Origin: Cyanophora paradoxa CCMP329
Taxonomy: Eukaryota; Plantae; Glaucophyta
NCBI GenBank assembly: GCA_004431415.1
Contig: QPMI01000594.1
Location: 9,356 to 73,355 of the forward strand
Reading direction: 5' to 3'
Length of the DNA stretch: 64,000 nt
The notes beneath the pieces are model-generated. The model saw only the letters and a program-made list of their open reading frames with translations, had not been told where the DNA came from and searched no databases. Below, piece after piece: positions 57,742 to 64,000 of this stretch. The position numbers and the translations under genes are program-made. Positions within the stretch are counted from its first letter, which is position 1; every line of letters begins with the position of its first letter.

Positions 57742-59115
57742 ATGGATATTACTTCGACCCTCCAACGTCTTTCTCTGAAAGAAGCTCTAACAACCCCGGA
57801 AGAAGCCAAGGCGTTCTTCTTGGACAACTCTCTCATGCTTGGTCTTGAATCCAAGTCGAAGCCAGTTCTTGTTGTTGTGAACCCAAGCAACACTTTCGAG
57901 AATAATGCTGGAAATCGCATTTCTTTCAAGCTCCCTCGCTACAATTTCTGTGGAAAACTCGAACTTGCGTTTGACCTTCCAGCTGTCACTTTTGCTGGTG
58001 ATACCGACCTTGTTCGCAATGGATACGTTCGCCCAGTTGGTGCTCTTGTCTCTCGACTTGAAATCACCTATGGATCTTACACCTTCCATGTGCCTTCTGA
58101 TTTCCTTGCTCATTTCCCTCTTATCTATTACAGTGAGGATCAACTCGCCAAGAAGAAGCGTTCAATGGGAATGGTTCATGGTATCCCTGCCCATGGAACC
58201 AACCGACTTGGTGGGTCATTTTTCACTGAAATCCCAGTCCCATGGCTAAACCACTACCTACCTCTTGGTGCTCTCTCAGGAGAAATGGTGGTAACTGTCT
58301 GGTTCAAGGATGCTGGAAAGGGTTATGTTGAGACTTCTTATGGTGGTCGTGCTCTTCCTGTTGTTGGTGGAACAGCTGCTGATAAGACAGAGGATGATGG
58401 ACTTGGTGCTACTGCTAATGCTACTCTTGCCCATGTTGGTCAACAAATCACCACTTTTGGAATTGGTGCAACAACAACCCCCGAAATTAAAGTCACTTCT
58501 CCTCGTCTTTACATGCATGCTATTAATGTTTCTGATGAACTGTTTGCTACTGTCATTGAGAAGGTGAAGACCACTGGTATGGCTATTCCTGCTCTGGATA
58601 TTGGTTTTGTTGACAGTGTCAATTTTTCTGCAAAAGGAAATGCTCAACCAAATCGTATTAACCTGTCACAGATCTCTGGTCTTGTCTATGGTCTTCTTGT
58701 TTCAGTTCGTGATGCCGCAGGTATTGATGGTTTCAATGGTTCCCACAGTGTCCTAAAAACGCATGCTAACTCAAAAGACATCACTTTCACTGTTGAAATT
58801 AATGGTCAACGTCTCTATGCTACTGAGCCAATTCCTCTCCTCAAAGGTGCCGAATTAATTGCGGATGCCTTCAAGTGCTCGAATATGGACAAGGTTGCAG
58901 ACAAATATGTCCTCAGTGGTCTACCATTCTGTGTTGATGGAGAGAAAGCGATTCGCAACATTGCCCAGTCTGGCTATGTTGATCTCACGAACTCCTCCTC
59001 CTCTTTCCTCACTCTATACATGCCTTCTGACCAGACAATCACTGTTAATGTTCGTGCTCTCATGCACAGTTTCATTATAGTCGATAAGGACGGCCTGAGG
59101 CGAATCAATCTGTAA
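57742..59115 (+). CDS. Double jelly-roll major capsid protein (element 2)
   Basis: 457-aa intact ORF from ATG 57742 between the pentons and the ATPase; strong codon bias; homologous to MCP1. Confidence 0.82.
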   Translation: MDITSTLQRLSLKEALTTPEEAKAFFLDNSLMLGLESKSKPVLVVVNPSNTFENNAGNRISFKLPRYNFCGKLELAFDLPAVTFAGDTDLVRNGYVRPVGALVSRLEITYGSYTFHVPSDFLAHFPLIYYSEDQLAKKKRSMGMVHGIPAHGTNRLGGSFFTEIPVPWLNHYLPLGALSGEMVVTVWFKDAGKGYVETSYGGRALPVVGGTAADKTEDDGLGATANATLAHVGQQITTFGIGATTTPEIKVTSPRLYMHAINVSDELFATVIEKVKTTGMAIPALDIGFVDSVNFSAKGNAQPNRINLSQISGLVYGLLVSVRDAAGIDGFNGSHSVLKTHANSKDITFTVEINGQRLYATEPIPLLKGAELIADAFKCSNMDKVADKYVLSGLPFCVDGEKAIRNIAQSGYVDLTNSSSSFLTLYMPSDQTITVNVRALMHSFIIVDKDGLRRINL

Positions 59116-59177
59116 AACCATTATCAGTAACGTTTCGTTATTTTTATCTATCTTTAATAAGAAAGATCTACAAAGCC

Positions 59178-59959
59178 ATGAACGATTTAGAAGAATTTGT
59201 TGCATCTGAGATGATAACCCCACCATTTCGTGCTCTTTTCATAGGAAAGTCTGCAACAGGCAAGTCAGAATGTGTGAAATATTGGTTGAAACAGCTGCAT
59301 GATGCGAAAAAGATTGATACTGTTCTTGTTGTGAGTGGGACGTCCTTCAATCATTTCTGGGATGCAGTTGCAACATTGCAACTCGGGAAATGGGATGCTG
59401 CTTACATTTCCAAATTACTGGATGAAAGGCAGGAGAAAATCGAAAAAGGGAACCTGTCAATCACCTGTGTGTGGTCTTAGATGATCTAATAGACAACGAA
59501 ATCATTGATTTGACCCGAGACAAAATCGTGGGATCTCTTTATTCCAGAGGTCGCCATTCGAAAATCTCGATTATCTGCATCACACAGAAGCTGAGGAAGG
59601 TTTCTTCAACAATTCGAGTAAATTCGGATTATGCTGTGTTCCTGAGTGCTGCAAATCGCAAAGAACTCGAAGCCATTGAAGAGGAGTACAATATCATGCG
59701 AAACAAGGACGATTTCTATAAGATGTTTGAGGAGTATGTACACTCCTACCAATATATTGTGTGGTCTTCTGCGAATTATTCGGTGAACTATTATGTTGAT
59801 AAAGCGGATCTGGTCAAAGATTTCGCATTTCCTCGGTTCCACAGGAAGCCCAAAAAGAAAGAAGATGAACTACCATCTCCACAGAAAGAGGAAGCACCCA
59901 AGGAGGTAAAGAGTGGTGTTCATTCAAACAAACTGATGCGATATAAGAGAGGATTGTAA
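59178..59959 (+). CDS. A32-like packaging ATPase (element 2); frameshift near 59450
   Basis: GKSATGKS in ORF 59178; VVLDD, RGRHSKISIICITQ and IRVNSDY in ORF 59471; the break is at GAAAAAGGG. Confidence 0.9.
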
Positions 59960-59987
59960 AATAATCTCTGCTTCTTATAAATATACA

Positions 59988-60722
59988 ATGCCTTCGAAAC
60001 GCAAAGTTGGTGTTCCTGCTGGTGCTATGTCATATTCTGCATCCTCTGGAACCGGTTCTATTAACACAGATCCCATGAAATTCAATGGTGTCAATGAAGT
60101 GAAAGCATCACAGCAACAGGAAGATCCCCTCAATGCTGCTTACGAAGAATCTCCCGATGATAAAGCGCCCCAGGCATCCACCAGTGATCAATTGAATATT
60201 TCGCCCGAAGCCACAAAGATGAAGGCAGTTGGTGAAGGTGCTCGTCGAATAATTGGTGCTGCTGATGATAAAGGACTTGGTCTGCAAGATCTCTCACTTG
60301 CCCGCAAAGGTGAAGGTGTCTCCAAGGAATCCGACAAGGTAATTCAATCCATGGCTGGTGAGGTGACCTACAAGACAGCACCAACTCAAAACATCCACCG
60401 AATTCCCAAAGCCCAATGGGACGAAATGACTGCGAAACTTAAAGATCTGGAAGCGAAATCGAGTGCACTTGAACAGTATGTCTCTGAGAAGAAAGAGAGA
60501 GCGAAATTAAAGGAGATGCTGCGAAAGGAGGTGTATAGAATGGGAATCACTGGTCTTCCAGATAAGCAGTTCATTGGTAAGAAAGAGACTCAAATTGATG
60601 AGCAGGCAGTTGATGAGATGAAGACCAAAACCCAGAAGGGAACCATTGAACCTGGTGCTACCAAATCAGAGGTCGATAAAGGTGTTGCCCCAACAGTATA
60701 TAAACGACGAGTTTGGCTATAA
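59988..60722 (+). CDS. Hypothetical viral protein (244 aa, charged, coiled-coil)
   Basis: Intact ORF, codon usage like its neighbours, AT-rich leader. Confidence 0.75.
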   Translation: MPSKRKVGVPAGAMSYSASSGTGSINTDPMKFNGVNEVKASQQQEDPLNAAYEESPDDKAPQASTSDQLNISPEATKMKAVGEGARRIIGAADDKGLGLQDLSLARKGEGVSKESDKVIQSMAGEVTYKTAPTQNIHRIPKAQWDEMTAKLKDLEAKSSALEQYVSEKKERAKLKEMLRKEVYRMGITGLPDKQFIGKKETQIDEQAVDEMKTKTQKGTIEPGATKSEVDKGVAPTVYKRRVWL

Positions 60723-60749
60723 TTATCTCGCTTTAAGAGAGAGAGCATC

Positions 60750-60983
60750 ATGGATTTCTTGCGAAAAATCATTGAAATGTTTAATCTCCACATTGTGAGC
60801 AATTGTCACAGTGGTTGCTGTGATACAAAAGTCGAAATCGAATTCTCTGACAATGAAAGTCATGGATCTGGCGGTAGGCGATTATCCACAGACTCGGTGG
60901 ATTTCGAGGAGCATATTAAAACAGAGACAGTGAGGCGACGCTCTGTATCTTTCACAGATCCGAAATTAAATCTCGGTTATTAA
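60750..60983 (+). CDS. Small hypothetical viral protein with CHSGCC motif
   Basis: 77-aa ORF tiling between neighbours; amphipathic N-terminus followed by a Cys cluster. Confidence 0.55.
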   Translation: MDFLRKIIEMFNLHIVSNCHSGCCDTKVEIEFSDNESHGSGGRRLSTDSVDFEEHIKTETVRRRSVSFTDPKLNLGY

Positions 60984-61184
60984 TATCGAATGCTCAGTCT
61001 CTCTGAGATCTATGCTATCCTTGAAAGGAAATCCGCTGAATATGCAACAGAAGACGCAATAAAAAAGCGTAGACAGGAACTGGTCTCGATCTGCAAAAAA
61101 TGACAAGGGATTTAAGGGTAAGGTGTGTTTGATTGGTGAACCCGGACAAATTATTTTCTCGTCCAAATATAAGGAACATATCAA

Positions 61185-61411
61185 ATGGAAACTGAATCTG
61201 TGGTCGAATTCGAACTTGCAATGAGCGAAATGGATCCCAATGAGAGGAAAAGGTTGTATGACCGCTTGTATTTCCAGAAACGCTATCAAGATGAGGAATT
61301 TCGTGAATTATATCGTAAAAGGCACTGGAACGATATTATCGCAGGAAAGCTGCTGAGATGGATCCCAATAATCCAGTTAAACGCCCAGTAGGTCGTCCCA
61401 GGAAATACTGA
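61185..61411 (+). CDS. Small AT-hook protein (element 2); frameshift near 61320
   Basis: YFQKRYQDEEFRELYRK continues in a shifted frame as ALERYYRRKAAEMDPNNPVKRPVGRPRKY*. Confidence 0.62.
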
Positions 61412-61603
61412 ACGCCCCAAAGTCCCAGATATCCGCTGAATCCTTTTTGTTACCATGATCAATCGACTTTTCGATGGATCATTACCATATATCGAGCGCC
61501 AATCGGAAAACCCAAAGGTATTTAAAGGTTAGCCGCCAAAAAATGACAAGCGACCGGAGAAATTAATTTCTCCATTAAGGATAAGAAGCCCCCGATTGTT
61601 GAA

Positions 61604-63950
61604 ATGAACGCTGCCGCCAAGAAATCCCTGAAACGCCTTGTTGAATGGCTTCGTGAAGACGATGTCCTGTCTGAGAATATCGTAATTCCTGTTGATCCTG
61701 ATACCAAGAGACCGCTTTTCGCTCATAAAGACGGAACCTGGTCTTGGGATAAATTCGATGAAGCCCTGAAATCCGGTAAGTATACTGCTTGGGGGATTCT
61801 CGCTCGTAATATCCTGGTAATTGACTTCGACCAAGAGGAGGATTTCGCCAAATTCGAGGAGCAATTCCCTGATGATTTCGGTGGTGTTAATCCTCTTGCT
61901 AAAACCAAAAAAGGATATCATGCATTCTTTGCCCGACCTGTTGAATTCGACACCTGTAAGATTTGGGATAAAGCAGGTGCATTCAAAGGAAACCCCAAGA
62001 TCGACTGCAAAACGATTGCATCCACTGGGACTGCTGGGGTAATTAATATTTGTCCCAGTCCCAACAAAACATGGATCAGAGAGCCATGGGCATCTGAGTG
62101 TGAGTTAAATGAACCTACTGCTGAGTTGCAAAAGTGGATTGTTGACAACTACGAATTCCCCAAAGGTGCACATTCTTATTTTGAGAGGTGCGCTGAGGAG
62201 AATTTGCAGAAACATATTCTTTCTAAACTGGAAGAATTCGGTTTCATCTTGCCCACAATCATCAATGAGACCAAGATGGGATACAATTTCACTGCTGAGA
62301 ACAAAGGTCTGATCTGTCCCTGCTGCAAGGGAAGCCATGACTCGAACAATTGGTATATTGTTCAAGGAAGGAGAAGGACAAATATATTGTTTCGAGTTAC
62401 AGTGCAAACTGCAAAAAGCGAAGCATCACAGTTCGTGTGAAGGAAGAGACAGATGTGAAGATCGAAAATCTGATTGATCGGTCTGCTGGATCTGATGGTG
62501 CCCATTATGATGTTGCACAGGTTGCCTATCTTGTTCTGCAAGACAAATACAAGTATTCCAACAAGACCTGGTTCAAGTTCAATGATGTATGTGGGATTTG
62601 GGAGATGGATGAAACTGGGAAGCGAATCTTTCTCTGTTTGAGCTGCAAGGTCTGTCCAGTTTATCTTCAACGTTCTGTTCAACTCGCACAGAGAGCACTT
62701 CGTGATGAAGAGAACCGCAATTCCTTGGAGGAAAGGTCAAAGATTCTGCTGGGAATTGCTAAGAGCCTCAAACAGACTACATACAGAACTGCACTTATGT
62801 CTGATCTTTCAGTTCTGTTCAGTGACAAGACCTTTTTCGAGAGACTTGATACTGTTCCCAACATCATTGGATTTACAAATGGTGTGTTTGACCTGAACTC
62901 CATGACTTTTCGAAAGGGACTCCCAGATGATATGGTGAGTAAGACTGTTGGCTACGATTACACCACAGAAATTGACCAAGAGAAAGTTGCGAAGATTAAA
63001 TCCATCTATGCAGATCTGATCGAATCTGATGAAAACCGCGAATTTATGATGGGATTAATTGCCTATGCCCTGAGTGGTTTGACAGAAAATCAGAGATACA
63101 CTTGCTGGACTGGGAATTGGAGCAAATGGGAAATCACTGCTCCAAGAGTTGTGTGAAAGACACATTTGGTGAGTATATGGGTCACTGGACATGACATATT
63201 GGACTAAACCCAAGAAGAGTTCGTCAGAGGCTTCCCCAGAACTCGCTTGCATTCTTGGTAAACGATTGTTTTCAGTAATGAAGCAGAAGATGGTGATATG
63301 CTTCAACTGAACAAAATCAAACAGGACTGGTGGGAATGAGATGAAGGTTCGAGCTTCTTTTCAAAGATCTCTTTACATTCATTCCCATGTTCCAGTTGTT
63401 CTTGTCCACAAATGACAACTTGGGAATCAGTAAACCAGATGCAGCAATTCAAAGGCGAATTATCTACTACCGATTCGAAAATGTCTTCAAGGTCGATCCT
63501 CAGCCTTGAGAAGAAGCAGACACCACTCTCATGGCCTAATGAAGAATGATGACGATTATAAAATGGCGCATATGTCCATTCTCCTGGAAATGTGGAGAAC
63601 CCATTCTCTCAATGAATTCGTCACCAAAACCACCCCAGATTGTTGATCAAGGTGTTGAATATTTCAATGAGATGAAAGATTGGAGAATGGATTCGTGAGA
63701 GTTATGAACTCACCAAGAGTCAAGGGATTTCGCCACAAGTGAGTCCATTATCAGTCACTTTAAGATTGAATCACATGGGCAAATCTGATAGAAAATCACA
63801 GAATGCACTATCTTGAAGAGACTTCGCGAAGTCTTTAATGTGAAGCTGAGAGAAAGCAGTCAATGGTGTTCTTGCTCGTGGCTATTTGGGATCAAAAAGA
63901 AGCATAGTCGCAAGGGTGGATGACAGTGATGTTGAAGGTGGGATGAGTAA
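61604..63950 (+). CDS. Primase-polymerase / Zn-binding / D5-like SF3 helicase fusion; multiple frameshifts, end approximate
   Basis: PrimPol motifs LVIDFD and KTKKGYHAFF; CPCC..H; D5_N IGFTNGVFDL..FRKGLPDDMVSKTVGYDY; shifted-frame Walker A GANGKS (about 63120), ASPELA, SNEAE and TGGNEM. Confidence 0.88.
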
Positions 63951-64000
63951 ACAAAACAGAATCGATTCTAATACTGATTGAAATTTCTATTTTTAAAAAA

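Larger units (their letters stand above)
53833..64000. mobile_element. Endogenous Polinton-like virus element 2 (two minor capsids, MCP, ATPase, PrimPol-D5 helicase); runs off the window
   Basis: More AT-rich than element 1, with T/A-ending codons; a complete second morphogenesis module and a different replication gene. The left boundary is uncertain (53.8-54.2 kb). Confidence 0.8.

Noticed and set aside
60990-61103. 37-codon ORF MLSLSEIYAIL...
   Set aside because: Too short to support; it may be real or extended by an A-run frameshift, but this cannot be decided.
45500-64000. Classification as a canonical Maverick or Lavidaviridae virophage
   Set aside because: No adenain-like maturation protease is seen and the MCPs are about 400-460 aa, so PLV fits better; missing genes could lie outside the window.
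1-64000. tRNA, rRNA or snRNA genes
   Set aside because: None recognised by eye; a covariance-model scan would be needed to exclude them.

Overview
Eukaryotic, GC-rich, intron-dense host DNA (about 1-45.5 kb), followed by endogenous viral DNA (about 45.5-64 kb). The host is probably a centriole-bearing protist; the organism cannot be identified from sequence alone. Host gene 1 (<1-25698, +) is a giant cell-surface/membrane protein. It has an intronless 11.4-kb exon of fibronectin-III-like modules containing an apparently exact 5457-bp tandem duplication, then many short-intron exons encoding Ig-like, Kelch, PKD-like, vWA-like and multi-pass TM regions. Host gene 2 (26595-43941, +) is a CEP350/CAP350-like centrosomal protein with many micro-exons and GC-AG introns. 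The viral part has two compositionally distinct Polinton-like virus (PLV) modules. Element 1 (about 45.5-53.9 kb) encodes protein-primed PolB, rve integrase, an AT-hook protein, HNH-AP2, an A32 ATPase and a major capsid protein (MCP). Element 2 (about 53.8 kb to the window end, more AT-rich) encodes two minor capsid proteins, a related MCP, a second A32 ATPase, a second AT-hook protein and a PrimPol-D5/SF3 helicase. At the junction are a perfect 29-bp hairpin over the start of MCP1, a higher-order tandem array and a duplicated inverted-iteron structure that looks like a replication origin. Element 2 also has recurrent upstream motifs resembling giant-virus promoters. Single-base frameshifts, mostly at homopolymers, increase toward the window end and are probably read errors. 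All family calls come from recognising motifs by eye, not from database searches.
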